The translations under genes were made by a program, and so were the position numbers. This document shows positions 46,294 to 59,981 of a stretch of DNA of 64,000 nucleotides, one piece after another (the first letter of the stretch is position 1; each line of letters starts with the position of its first letter). Source of the stretch: Neocallimastix sp. 'constans' (Eukaryota); assembly GCA_050613775.1 (NCBI GenBank), contig JBODTK010000119.1, positions 248,001 through 312,000 on the forward strand. Reading direction: 5' to 3'. Under the pieces are notes generated by a model. The model was given only the letters and a program-made list of their open reading frames with translations. It searched no databases and had not been told where the DNA came from.

Positions 46294-46775
46294 CATTTAT
46301 TATTATTTTATAGTTTTATTCTAAAAAATATCTAGAAGATTCTTTATAGTTCAAGAAATTACTAGAATTTCTTGATAATTCTTGTGTTTAATTAATTAAA
46401 ATTTATTCTATTAAATTCTTAATTCTATTGTTTTCTATTTTTTCTAAATTTTTCGATTTTTAAGAACTTTTTAGAAACTTTTATTTTTATTTTTTAATAA
46501 CTTTAACTTTTGAAAAAAATATAAATATGAGTAAAATTCTTATTAACAAATATTCTTTTCTTTGTGTTTTTTATTTTAATTTTGTTTAGTTAATAAAACT
46601 TAATTTTTTAATAAAACTTTTTTTAATATTAATACTATATCAACCCTTGCGGCTTATAGTATTATAATAAATATAATTAATAAAATAATTAAAAAAAAAA
46701 ATAAATAAAAAGTAAAATAATTTTTGTTTTTTTTTGAGTGTTATTATATTTATTATAATATTTTGTTATAGTAAG

Positions 46776-48032
46776 TCTTTTATTATTTTAAATGATAATA
46801 AAGAGGTTTTAAATTATGATTCTTCACATAATCATCCTGGTAATGAAATTAATGCATCCAAATCATTAATAAAACATAAAATTAAAGATGAAATAAAAAA
46901 AAGTTTGATTCCTTCTGATATAAAATCAAAACGCATATTTGATAAAATTTCTCAAGAAATAGGATATATATGCCCTGAATATAAAACAATTAAATCCCAA
47001 ATAACAAGATATAAAAACAAACAATTATTTCCTAATGTAAAAACATTTGATGAAGTTCCTAATGTATCTGAATATTATAAAACAATAAGAGGTGAATACT
47101 TTATGATATTCAAAAATTCTAATATAATAATTTTTCAATCACCATTCCAAGCAAAATTATTTATGGAGAATAAACATATATTTGCTGATGGTACATTTTT
47201 AATAGCTCCAACTAATAGTTATCAAGTATTCATTACAAGAACTTATGTTACAGAATTAAATTGTTTTTACACTACTTCCATGTCAATATTAAAAAACAAA
47301 GAACAAACAACTTACGAAATATTATTTAATGAAATAAAAAAAAATATAATTAAATATAATGCAAATATTAATTTCTCAGAAAAAATTTTTCATTGTGATT
47401 TTGAAAAAGGAATATCTAATGCAGTGGAAAATATTTTTCCCAATATAAATATTAAATATTATTTTTGGCATTATAAAAGATTATTAATGACAAAAAAAAA
47501 TAAATTATGTTACAAGGAAGTGAAAGATCATAATATTTTAAATACTTATTATAAAGCGATTTCTAATTTATGTTTTATTAATATTGAATACATACCTGAT
47601 ATTTTTAATAAAATTAAAAATACATGCATGAGATATAAATCTACCTGTTCCCAATTTTTGAATTTTTTAGATTATTTTGAGAAAACATTTCTAAATATCT
47701 ATAATATAAAATATTGGAATTATTACAATAATATAGACCACATAACAAATAATGCTTCAGAATCTTATAACAGTTATTTAAAAATTTTATTTGTAAAAAA
47801 GCCTTCATTTTATAAATTAATATATACAATACAATTTGAAGAATCCAAATCTTATTATGATTACCATATGAGAATTAAAGGAATTTGGAGAAAAAAGAGC
47901 AGAATATCAGAAAGGGTCGATGACATTAATATTTTAGTTGAATATTATAAAAATATGGAAGCCGAATTAAAAAATATTGGATGTAGTAAAAATGATATCA
48001 TCGAAAATTGGTTTAATTGTTTAATTATATAA
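46776..48032 (+). pseudogene. MULE DDE transposase, 3' part (about 470 aa when rejoined to 7323-7478)
   Basis: FADGTF (D), HCDFE (D), YYFWH at the CxxH position, TNNASESYN (E); C-terminus shorter than the paralogous remnant at 3905-4050. Confidence 0.9.
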
Positions 48033-48819
48033 AATAAGAAATTCAATATTGAAATTTATTTAATATTTATTGATAGGGTTAGCTTAAAAATATTAAAAAA
48101 AAAAATTTTTTATAAATTTATTTTAAATATTTTTTACTTTATTAAATATTATTAAATAAAATTAAAAGATGTCTTTATTATTATATATTAGTATTATAAA
48201 ATATTAAAAATATGAATGTATTGCATTTCGCATTATTTTTATTTTATATTGTAGTAAATTAATAAATAAATAAATAATTTTTATAAAATAAACCAATTAT
48301 TAAATTAATATATTTTTTAAAAATATATTTAATGTATATTTCATATTTTTAATAAATATTCAAATATACATTTTAAATATATATAATGATATTTAAGTAT
48401 TATAATACTTATAAAAGAAAATAATTAATATTTTAAATTATTTCTATCAGGCTTTCTAAAAAAACTTTACTATTTGTAAAAATAGTAATGCTCTTTTTGT
48501 TAGTTTATTAGATTTGTATTATATAAATATCTAAAATAATTTATTTATTATTTAATAGAAATTTATGTTTAAAAATGTTATTGTTATTATTACTATTACT
48601 AAAAAAAAGTTTTAATTTAATATTTATAATTAAATTTTCAAATAATCTTTCTTTATCAAGTTAAATATAATGCTCCTGAGTAAAAAAGATTTTTGTATTA
48701 TATAAAATTTATTTAAAATACTAGATAAAAAAATATTAAAAAGGAAATAAGAATTTTAAAAAGAATATTTAAAAATAAAATGAAAAAAATATAGAATGTA
48801 ATAATATAGAAGTATAGTA

Positions 48820-49845
48820 TATAAAATAAAATAAAATAAAATAAATAGTTGAAATATAAATATGAAGTACAGATTGAATAAAATAAAATAAATAGTTGAA
48901 ATATAAATATGAAGTACAGATTGAATAAAATAAAATAAATAGTTGAAATATAAATATGAAGTACAGATTGAATAAAATAAAATAAATAGTTGAAATATAA
49001 ACATGAAGTACAGAATGAATAAAATAAAATAATAGTTGAAATATAAATATGAAGTACAGATTGAATAAAATAAAATAAAATAAAATAAATAGTTGAAATA
49101 TAAATATAAAGTACAGATTGAATAAAATAAAATAAATAGTTGAAATATAAATATAAAGTACAGATTGAATAAAATAAAATAAATAGTTGAAATATAAATA
49201 TAAAGTACAGATTGAATAAAATAAAATAAATAGTTGAAATATAAATATAAAGTACAGATTGAATAAAATAAAATAAATAGTTGAAATATAAATATGAAGT
49301 ACAGAATGAATAAAATAAAATAAAATAAAATAAAATAAAATAAAATAAATAGTTGAAATATAAATATAAAGTACAGAATAAATAAAATAAAATAAAATAA
49401 ATAGTTGAAATATAAATATAAAGTACAGAATAAATAAAATAAAATAAAATAAATAGTTGAAATATAAATATAAAGTACAGATTGAATAAAATAAAATAAA
49501 TAGTTGAAATATAAATATGAAGTACAGAATGAATAAAATAAAATAAATAGTTGAAATATAAATATAAAGTACAGATTGAATAAAATAAAATAAATAGTTG
49601 AAATATAAATATAAAGTACAGATTGAATAAAATAAAATAAAATAAATAGTTGAAATATAAATATAAAGTACAGATTGAATAAAATAAAATAAAATAAATA
49701 GTTGAAATATAAATATAAAGTATAGATTGAATAAAATAAAATAAATAGTTGAAATATAAATATGAAGTACAGAATGAATAAAATAAAATAAATAGTTGAA
49801 ATATAAATATGAAGTACAGAATGAATAAAATAAAATAAAAAAATT
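48820..49845. repeat. Minisatellite, core AAATAGTTGAAATATAAATAT(A/G)AAGTACAGA(T/A)TGAA + (TAAAA)n
   Basis: Tandem units seen directly; same position in the MULE as the 4930-5945 array. Confidence 0.9.
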
Positions 49846-50874
49846 ATTTGAATTATAATAAAAATACAAGTATTAATAAAAATAAAATAAAATAAAATAA
49901 AATAAATATTTGAATTATAATAAAAATACAAGTACTAATAAAATAAAATAAATAAAATAAATATGTGAATAATAATAAATTGCAAGTATCAATAAAAATA
50001 AAATAAAATAATATAAAATAAATAAATATGCAGTGAAATAATAATATATAATATGATAAAATAAAATAAATAAGATATTGATATGAAATTAATATAAAAA
50101 CTGAATTTAGCAACAAATAAATTATATAATAAAGTAAATGATATAGCATATTCATATATATTATCATGAATTTTATTATAATTTTTACAGTATTTTAAAT
50201 TAATGTAAATTATTATATTTCCATATAATAAACAAACTTTATAATTAGAAAATAGTATAAAAAAAAATATTATTAAATATTATTATTAAATAATTAAATG
50301 AATAAATTAATAAATAAATAAAAATTTTCAGAATATGGCGAATGTAAATCATCATTTTTTTTGAAATATATCACATTTTAAATATATTTAATAATTATTT
50401 TTTCAAAGAAATTATATGTGCCATTTTATTTTAATGTTTAAATATTATATTCATAAATAAAAATTTATAAAAAATAATATAAGCCACATTCCGAAATGAA
50501 AATTTATGTAAAATATATAAAGCCACATTCCGAAACGCACCACCCTCATATTTAACATGATTAAATATAACGTGATAAAAATAAAATTATGTAAAGACAT
50601 AAAATTATACAAGAGCATAAAAATTAATGTTAAACATAAAATATAACACAAATTTTATGTTTAAGTTTTTATTATTTTTATATTGATATTTATTTATTAT
50701 ATTTTTAATTATTTAATTATTTATTATTTTATATTAATATTTTATATTTTATTAATTATAGTAAATTTTACAATTATATTTTATGAATAATTCTTTATTT
50801 TTAATATTTTCCTTTAAATACTTAATAGTTATCATAAAAATTAAAGTATTTCATATAAAAGTATAAAATAAAAT

Positions 50875-51471
50875 GGGGGAAGTGCATTTCGAAAAATTTC
50901 ATTTCACAAAATTTTAATAAATAGATAAATAAATAATAAAATAAATAAATAAAAATTTATAATAATATTTAAGAAAATAAAAAATAAATAATAAATAATT
51001 AAATAGAGGTTTTTTATTAGAATTATTTTTCTTTTCATAGATTATTAAATCGATGAATAAAAATAATAATTATAATAATGAAATTACATAACTATATATT
51101 AATTAATTATTTAAATATTATTTTTTAATTTTTTAAATAATTATATCTTTAATTATTATCCTTAATATTTATTTATATATATATATATATTATTATCCAC
51201 TATATATATTTTGAAAAATTATAAAACAAGTGATAAAATATTTTATTTTTTATGCTTAAGTCTAATGTATATTTCGTATTATTATATATATTTTTTAAAT
51301 AAATATTTAAATAAATTTATTTATTTATTTATTATAGTTTTATTTATTTATTTTTATTTATTTAGTTATTTATTTAAATTATATAAATTAATTAATTATT
51401 TATTTTATTATTAATTTATTTATTAATTTTTAAAAAAATTTTGGAAAGGGATTTCGAAATGCCTCACACTC
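50875..51471. mobile_element. 597-bp MULE-type MITE
   Basis: 9-bp TSD AAATAAAAT (50866-50874, 51472-51480); imperfect TIRs GGGGGAAGTGCATTTCGAAA / TTTCGAAATGCCTCACACTC resembling the other MULE ends. Confidence 0.75.
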
Positions 51472-52087
51472 AAATAAAATATATATTAAATAATTTATTA
51501 TGAATTCTAAATATAAAAGCAAGAATAATTCTTTATAATTATTCTTTGCAAAGATTTATGCTAATTTATTTAATAATTTCTTTTATATTTTCAAGTTAAT
51601 AATTAAATACATCTATTAAATTATTTATAATTACTTTTAAATAATAAATTTTTATTACTGAATACTTTATAACAATTAATATTAATTTTTATACTAATAC
51701 TTTTATTATAATACATACTATTAATACCATTAATAAATATAATAATAATAATAATAATAATATAATAATAATATAATATTATTAAATATAATTATTGTAT
51801 GATTATAATATGCTACGTACGATATGAAAACTAAAAAATAAAATCAAAAAGGTTACAAAATTTTAATATTTTTAACTTTCTATATATCAGAATTAATTAA
51901 TTTTTAATATAAAATATATTATATTGATATAAAGATATATTAATATTTTAATTTTTATGACTTTAAAACGCATTAAACAAGTCATTTTTTTCAGTATAAC
52001 TGATAAAAGAAAAGATTTAGGTTGATTGAATTAAATATTTATTTATTAGTTTTAAGAATATTTCAATCAACCTAAATCTTTAGTAAA

Positions 52088-52672
52088 CAATAAATAATAA
52101 ATAATAAATAATAAATAATAAATAATTAAATAATAAATAATAAATAATAAATAATAAATAATAAATAATAAATAATAAATAATAAATAATAAATAATAAA
52201 TAATAAATAATAAATAATAAATAATAAATAAAAAATAATGGAATAATAAATAATAAATAATAAATAATAAATAATAAATAATAAATAATAAATAATAAAT
52301 AATAAATAATAAATAATAAATAATAAATAATAAATAATAAATAATAAATAATAAATAATAAATAATAAATAATAAATAATAAATAATAAATAATAAATAA
52401 TAAATAATAAATAATAAATAATAAATAATAAATAATAAATAATAAATAATAAATAATAAATAATAAATAATAAATAATAAATAATAAATAATAAATAATA
52501 AATAATAAATAATAAATAATAAATAATAAATAATAAATAAGTAATAAATAATAAATAATAAATAATAAATAATAAATAATAAATAATAAGTAATAAATAA
52601 TAAATAATAAATAATAAATAATAAATAATAAATAATAAATAATAAATAATAAATAATAAATAATAAATAATA
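52088..52672. repeat. (AATAAAT)n heptamer microsatellite
   Basis: Near-pure tandem 7-mer. Confidence 0.95.
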
Positions 52673-54562
52673 AAAAACTAAAGCCATGTACATATTTAAG
52701 GCAAATAGAAAATTACATTTGTTTACATAAAATTATTGATATTATATAATTATTCATTACATATGTAATAAATTTATTTTAATTAATAATGTATAATAAA
52801 CTATTCATCTTGACAAATAAAAATAAAAGTAATAAAAAATTCTTTTAAACAAAAAAATATTTAATATATTGTATTTGAATATATTATTTTAATTAAATAA
52901 TATATATTATAATATATTATAATATATATTATAAGAGAATTGCAATAATAAATAATTTATTTAAAAGAAATGTGTAACATAAAGTTAATTATTTTCCTTT
53001 TCTGTTGTTATATATTAAAATATAAAAGAAAATTAAGAAAATACATTTAGAATATATATTAAATACATTTTATATAATAAAATATCAAACCTTATTTAAT
53101 ATTTTTATGTTATAAATATATTATAGTATATATTATATATATAAATATACATGGAGGATGTATTTAATATATTATATATAAAATGATATAATTTATAATA
53201 TATTAAGAATTAAAATTTATTAACATTTTATTAAAATGAAAATTTTTTTTTTTTTTCTTTTTTATTAATAAGTTATTATATTAACATGAATAAATAAATT
53301 CATATTGATATATATCAACAGAATCTTATTTATAATTATTATATCGTTTAATGATATGTAAAAAAATTGTTATTATCATTATTATATAAATAATAATTTT
53401 ATTTTAAATAAGATCTAAAATAAAATAAAATATTTTTTATATTTAATTATAATTATATTATTATTATTTAATTATATGTAATTATTAATTTTTTTCTTCT
53501 TGTAATTTATTATTGAATAGTAACTTTTACTAATTAATTAAATTTATTATTCTAAATCATATTTAAATTATTTAAATTAACTTTTTCATTAATACATAAA
53601 AAATGTAAAGCTTATTAAATATAAATGAATAATTTTGAATTGGTTAAAAGATATATTTATTTAAATTTTTTATTATTTTTATTTTATAAATTTTTTTTTA
53701 CTTAGAACACTCTTTTGTTCAAAAAAAAAAATATAAATAAATATAATTTATTAATTATTTAGTTTTTTTTTTTTTTTTTTTACAAATAATATTTTTAAAA
53801 AAAAAATAAAAATAACTTATACTATCGTATTTTTAGGTAAAAATAGAAAATAGCAATAAATAAAAGAAGTAATAAAGTGTTAAATAAATATATATATAAA
53901 AGCAATAAAAGCCAAGATTTTATATGTATATTTTTAATCGATTATTAAAGTGAAAAATAAAATGAAAATGATTCAATAAATAGTCATAATTGAAAAGTGT
54001 AAATAAGTGTAATTAGTAATAATTAATGTAACGATAATAAATAAATAAATAAATTGATAGATAAGCAAAAAAAAAAAAAAAAAAAAAACAAACAAACAGG
54101 TTATTTAATATATGAAAATATTAGTTGATGTTAATATTTTTTATTATAAATTAAAATCAGATAATTGAATAATTATTTAATATTATTTTTTTAAAAGGAA
54201 AGATTTAAAGAAAACATTTAATTTTTTTAAAAGGATTAAATATAAAAATAAAATTAATTTATCTCAAAAAACTTTCGAATAAAGTTAATAAATAAAAATA
54301 TTTTAGAATCTGAAATAATATTAAGAATTAAATAACGGAAATAAAAATAGTATTTTGAAATATTTGAATAATTTAAAAAAAAGAAGAAAAATCAAATAAA
54401 GCTTTAAGTTATTGTATTAAAGTATATATTTTAAAAAAATTAAATTTATTAACTATATTTTATTTTTACAATTTTTTTTAAACTAAATATATATTAATTT
54501 AGTTGATAGATATATAAAAAAAGATAATAAAAAGTTAAATTTTTAAAAAATTTTTTATTATC

Positions 54563-54598
<36 letters not shown>

Positions 54599-54798
54599 TT
54601 ATATATTAGGTAATTAATAAATATTACAGTATATACATATTTTTTAAAATTAAATTTTTACTAATTTTCATTTTTTAATTTTTATAATGTAATTTACTAA
54701 TTTAATAAAAGTAGAATATACATAAATAAATAACAAACAAACAAACAAACAAACAAAAAAAAAAATAAAACTAAAAATAAAACTAAAAAAAAAAAAAA

Positions 54799-56055
54799 AT
54801 GAACACCAAACATTTAATTATTATTTTTATGTTGATTGCTATCTTGGCAATTCAATGTAGAGCAAGTGTTATACTTCCAAGACAAGATGATAATGAAACA
54901 GACCCAAATAATGGTGAAGGTGGTCAAAATGGTGAAGGTGGTGATCCTGATGGTAGTTCAGGAAAAAGTGATAGCGGTAAAACTGAAGGTGGTGAAGGTG
55001 GTGATGGTAATAGTGGTAATAGTGGTAGTAGTGGTAGTAGCGGAAGTAGTGGAAGCAGTGGTAGTAGCGGAAGTAGTGGAAGCAGTGGAAGCAGTGGAAG
55101 CAGTGGAAGTAGTGGTAGTAGTGGTAGTAGTGGTAGTAGTGGAAGTAGTGGTAGTAATGGTGGTGATAACAAAAGTGATGGTGGTAATGGTGAAGGTAAT
55201 AAACCCAAACCAAATCCAGCCCCTTCTCAAGCTCAAACTCCAGCTCAAGCTCAAGCTCCAGCCCAAGACTCAAAAACTCAAGCTCCCGTTGTTTCCTCGG
55301 ACCCAGCAGTTCAACAAAGTACAGAAAACAATGTTCCAGTCGTTCCATCTGCTCCTCTAACACCAACTATTCCTCCAAGTAGTTCTGTTACTGCTTCAGC
55401 TACTCCTGAACCTACAAAAGAAAATGGTAAATTCCCAGTAATGTGGGTAGGTATTGGTGTTGGAGCAGCTGCTGTTGTTTGTATTATTGCTATTATTATA
55501 ATTAAGAAAAAAAACAGTAATAAGGATGATGACTTTAACTTTGCTCAACCAACAACATATGGTTCTCAAGGTAATTATCAACCTGATGATTATGAACAAG
55601 GTTATGCTGCACCAGTTAGTAGTGGTGGTTATGATCAATATAATAACCAAGATCAATATGGTAACCAAGGTTATGACCAATATGATAACCAAGGCTATGA
55701 TCAATACAAACAAGACCAATATCAATATGGTAATCAAGGTTATGATCAATACCAACAAGATCAATATACTGATAGCCAAGGATATAATCAAACTTATCCA
55801 CAACAAGTTAATGATGGTCAAGTTGTCCCTGGAAATCAATACACAATTAAATATGACTTCAAACCAAGTTTAAATGATGAAATTGAATTAGAACCAGGAA
55901 ATGTTGTTGAAGTTATAGAAGTTTATGATGATGGATGGGCTAAGGGTAGAAACTTAACCTATAACACCGAAGGTGTATTCCCAATCAATAGAATTACTGG
56001 TGTTGATGATACTAAAAAGGCTCGTTACAGTTCTCTTCCACGTCCAACTCAATAA
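54799..56055 (+). CDS. Host type-I membrane protein: signal peptide, Gly/Ser-rich and Pro/Ala/Gln-rich ectodomain, one TM helix, GYDQY repeats, C-terminal SH3 domain
   Basis: Hydrophobic N-terminus; (SSG)n; TM VMWVGIGVGAAAVVCIIAIIII then KKK; SH3 YDFKPSLNDEIELEPGNVVEVIEVYDDGWAKG..EGVFPINRI. Confidence 0.9.
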   Translation: MNTKHLIIIFMLIAILAIQCRASVILPRQDDNETDPNNGEGGQNGEGGDPDGSSGKSDSGKTEGGEGGDGNSGNSGSSGSSGSSGSSGSSGSSGSSGSSGSSGSSGSSGSSGSSGSSGSNGGDNKSDGGNGEGNKPKPNPAPSQAQTPAQAQAPAQDSKTQAPVVSSDPAVQQSTENNVPVVPSAPLTPTIPPSSSVTASATPEPTKENGKFPVMWVGIGVGAAAVVCIIAIIIIKKKNSNKDDDFNFAQPTTYGSQGNYQPDDYEQGYAAPVSSGGYDQYNNQDQYGNQGYDQYDNQGYDQYKQDQYQYGNQGYDQYQQDQYTDSQGYNQTYPQQVNDGQVVPGNQYTIKYDFKPSLNDEIELEPGNVVEVIEVYDDGWAKGRNLTYNTEGVFPINRITGVDDTKKARYSSLPRPTQ

Positions 56056-56189
56056 AAATAAATAAATTAAATTTCAATATAGAGTTAACCTAAATATATA
56101 TATAATTTTTTTTTTCATTTTATTTTTTTTTTTTTTAAAAAAAAGTAAAAGTAAAAATAAAAGTAAAATGAAAGAAAAAGTGAAAAATG

Positions 56190-56220
<31 letters not shown>

Positions 56221-57526
56221 TAAAATAAATAAATAAACAAATAAAAAAAAAAAAAAAGAAGAAAAGTTAAATAAAAAATTATATATATAAGCTAGTGGAT
56301 TAGAATAATTTTTTTTTTTTTTAATATTATTAAATTATTATTAAATAGAAAAATAATTAAATGAATTATATTAATAAAATTTTAAAAAATAATAATAATA
56401 AAAATAAAAATAAAAATAAAAATAAAATTAAATAAAAATAAAAACAATAATAAAAATATTTAAACTATAAAAAAATAAATAATAAAAGTTATAATTAATA
56501 ATAATATAAAATATAATTATATAATATAAAATAAAATGAACTACTTTAAAAAAAAAAAAAAAAAAAAAAAAGAAATAAAAACCATTTTTTTTTTTTTTTT
56601 TTTTTTTTTTTATTTATTTATTTATTTATTTATTTATTTTTTATTCTGTTAATTTGAAAAAAATAATATAATAGTAGTAGTTATTCATTATTATTATCAT
56701 GTAGTATTAATAAATAAATTATTTTAATTCAATTTCTATTTCTATCCTTTTTTTTTTTTTTTTTTTTTTTTGAATTTATCTACTTTACAAGATTGTTGTA
56801 AGAAGTGGTAGAGTTTTTGTTTATTTTCCAAAAGTCTGCCAATGCTATGGAGAAGGTGAACAGTTGTTCATCTATTATATTCGAATGTTCTTTCTTTTCA
56901 TTTATATAGATGAGAAACTTTTGGATTTGTCAATGGTCTCTGATGATGGGGTTCCAATGGAATTCTTTAAAAAGTCTAGTAGTACAAGAGAAAGTTTCCA
57001 AATTTCTTAATAATAATGACCCTATTTTTTATCTTCCAAGACAAAAATTACCTAAAAACGAATTAATATACCTAAGCTTAGGTGTACTTTTTTTTTTTTT
57101 TTTTTTTTTTTCAAATGATTTAGAATTGAAATCTGATCATATAGAGAATGAATAATAAAGTTAGAAAAATCATTTTATTCTAAAAAAAAAAAAAAGGATT
57201 TCTTAAAAAATCCTCATATTCCTCTCCCTTATAAACGAATGTTATTTTCCGCTTTAGTAATTTGGAAAGTTTCGTATTATGTACCTCTACTTAGATCCCG
57301 CCTTTTGACCATTTCCAAGGTTTTCCTCACAAGAGGTTTTTACAGAATATGTTGATTAGGGTTATAGGTTAGTATTTCAGCATTGGAGCGCCAATGTTGA
57401 ACATGTAGTAAGGCTGTCTACCTATACGAAAGTATAAGAAAGTGTTGTGACTACCTCAATTTTTCCATGCCATGAGGAGGAGGGTAGCTGAAAATAAGGG
57501 CTGAAAATAAGGGTGGTACACATTGG

Positions 57527-57574
<48 letters not shown>

Positions 57575-58485
57575 GTATATATATATATATTCTAATATTT
57601 TATAGAATATGAAATTTTTATCAAATATATTTACATACTCCTTCTTGGTGGAATTTTAGCTTTAGAGGAGCTATAATTAGATACTTGAGGGACGAAGGCA
57701 TTTAATTGAACAACTCTGAAAGCCTTTCACAGGAGTCTACTATTCCGTATATTGCATGTGGGTGGGTCTTGCGTATTATCATGCTAATATAATACCTATT
57801 ATTAGTAGCTCTCTTGAGCTACTTTTAAATTGGTTTAATAAGAAATCCTTCAGTACCAAGAGTGCAAACGCCGTATCGATATGGTTTAGGAACAAAAATA
57901 TTAGTAGTCCTATTATATATACCAACAGTCTAGTTCTACTCTCAAAATCTATAAAAAGTAATTCTTTTAATGAGAATCTTTCTGTATTTTCAAAGGAAAG
58001 TTTAGTGGATGCCATGCTATCTATTTTTTTAAAGATGCTACTTCTTTGTTTTATTATTTTTAGATTTAAATATATATATATATATATATATATATTATTA
58101 AAGAAATAGTTTTTTTATTCATATCATAAAACCATAATTACATTAATAAAAATTATATTATATTAATTTTTTTTTTAAAAAATAAAAATTTATTTATATT
58201 AATTCTATTTTAAATAGATTTGTTCTTTTATGAGAAATCATTGATCATTTCTGATGATAAAGAGGGATATTTTGATGGTAATAATAATTTTTATGTACTG
58301 GACCTCCTTTTTGACGGAGAGGCAGTATATGAAATCTTAAAGATCAATTCTGGGGGAAAGAAGGCGCTTTTAATTAATAATTTCTTTCAATCACCTTCGA
58401 ATTAGTCTTCTTTCCAGATTTCATTTTTTTTTTTTTTGGAGGGGCATGCAGAATTCCATACTAATGATATAATTATTGCGATTAG

Positions 58486-58531
<46 letters not shown>

Positions 58532-59341
58532 CTATGATTAATTTTATATACCATCAGACCTACAATTATCAAGAGCATCAACGTCGAAATAATTTAGTAA
58601 AGAATAAATTCTGATATAGATTATTTATATGAATGATAATTTTTATCCACAGGGTATGGAATTATCATCGATGAATGGGGATGAGTTTGAGGTCATTTCG
58701 TCCTCGAAACGCATAATATAATTTTTTTAATTTTAAATGTTAAAAAAAAAAAAAATAAAAATAAAAGTTTATTTATTCATAGAAAATAATTGTTAAATAT
58801 ATAAATAATTTATAAAGCATTATTACAATAAAAAAGCAAATTTTTATTTTTTTCAGAAGTACTCTTATTATATTTATTAATAAAAAATTATTATTATTAA
58901 TTATCATTATTATTATTATACAACTTTAAAATCTAATAATTTAATTTCTTAATTTTGTTCAATCTCGTTCATATGAAAATCTTATTTTATTATTATCTTT
59001 TTTCTCCATCTTGCTATATATTCTATTCCTAAAGATTTCATGCTATACTAATATTATATCTTGGAATTTTCTTTAATATTAATGAAGTTATTATCTATTT
59101 ATTTTTATTTGTATTTTTATTTGTATTTTTATTTATATTTATTTTTTTTTTTTTCGTTTTTAATATGTCAACTAATAAAAATTAAATTTTATCCAAAATG
59201 TAATATTTAAATTAGGGTATTATACTTCTTCTCAATTTTAGAACGCTTTCTCATAAATAAAAAGTTACTTATAAATAAAGTATATATATATATATATAAA
59301 AGAAAAAAAAAAGAACTTTGAATTATAAATCAAGCTCATAC

Positions 59342-59981
59342 ATGGAGCTAAATGATGTATAGGACTTGAAACAGTATTGTGGAACTCACATCCGTTCAGA
59401 AGGGAAGTTATCATTAGATGAGCATGTAAAAACAATTTCTAAAAGGTTCAATTATGAAGTGACTGTGAAAGTAGTTTCATTGGGAAATCAATGGTTCGTT
59501 AATTCTGAAAGTCAAAATAATCATAGTAACAATAGTCAATGGCTTTTAGAAATTAAGAATAAAGAAGGATCGATAAATTCTTATATTTTATTTTTTACCG
59601 AATTTTCTAGTTGCTTTGGAGCTGGCATATTCGTTATCCAATGTCTCTCCTCGGGATAAAAAGGAAAGCTATTTTATGGCTACTCACTATGTAGAAGTGA
59701 ATAAATATGGGGAGAGCTTGAAATCTAATTTTTCTGTGAAAATTGCTTTTAAATCTATTGCCTCTCTCGAAGGAAAATCGATTTTTAAGAAGATAAAATC
59801 CTTCCTTGCTGAATATGGTATTCCTTACAATGCCAACGATATTAGTAAGCGTAAGACTGATATCATCGAAAATAATCCTGTAGTAGTATATAATCAAATC
59901 AATAAAATTATTGATTCTCATTACAATACTATGTTTTTCACATTCGATAATTATATCAATTCAAATGTCAATGAAAATTAA
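59342..59981 (+). pseudogene. Decayed intronless ORF of unknown function (about 210 codons)
   Basis: ATG at 59342, in-frame TAG at codon 7, two overlapping ORFs (59366-59659, 59616-59981) consistent with one frameshift; coding-like composition in AT-rich flanks. Confidence 0.4.

Larger units (their letters stand above)
7479..46770 (+). mobile_element. Ty3/gypsy chromovirus B (outer element): 5' LTR 7479-16016 and 3' LTR 21582-46770, both interrupted (635 bp each when reconstructed); internal region 16017-21581
   Basis: TSD GTAAG (7474-7478, 46771-46775); termini TATAACA...TGTTATA; 15462-16016 matches 46216-46770; polypurine tract (PPT) AAGGGAGAGAG at 21570-21580; gag-PR-RT-RH-IN-chromodomain inside. 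Confidence 0.95.
3417..50547 (+). mobile_element. Composite MULE DNA transposon: deleted copy 3417-6556 followed by a transposase-bearing copy from 6557, sharing one right end; hosts the whole LTR nest
   Basis: Left ends AGGGGAGGAGCATTTCGG (3417) and GGGGAGAGCGCGTTTCGG (6557) followed by near-identical subterminal sequence; right end CCGAAACGCACCACCCTC (to 50547); 9-bp flanks ATATTAAAC / ATATTTAAC (8 of 9 match); 3905-6556 is paralogous to 47925-50390. Confidence 0.7.

Noticed and set aside
46734..46775. N-terminus MSVIIFIIIFCYSK of the 432-aa ORF as a signal peptide
   Set aside because: It is read from the end of the B LTR; the true N-terminus is at 7323-7478
48756..52693. Long F/I/L/Y-rich ORFs (also 1231-1500, 3539-3809, 6677-6904, 44477-44862)
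   Set aside because: Translations of satellites and microsatellites
54836..55873. Overlapping alternative-frame and antisense ORFs
   Set aside because: Shadows of the repetitive codons of the SH3 gene
57640..58060. Possible integrase remnant on the minus strand (IFVPKPYR..)
   Set aside because: Too degraded to support a call by eye
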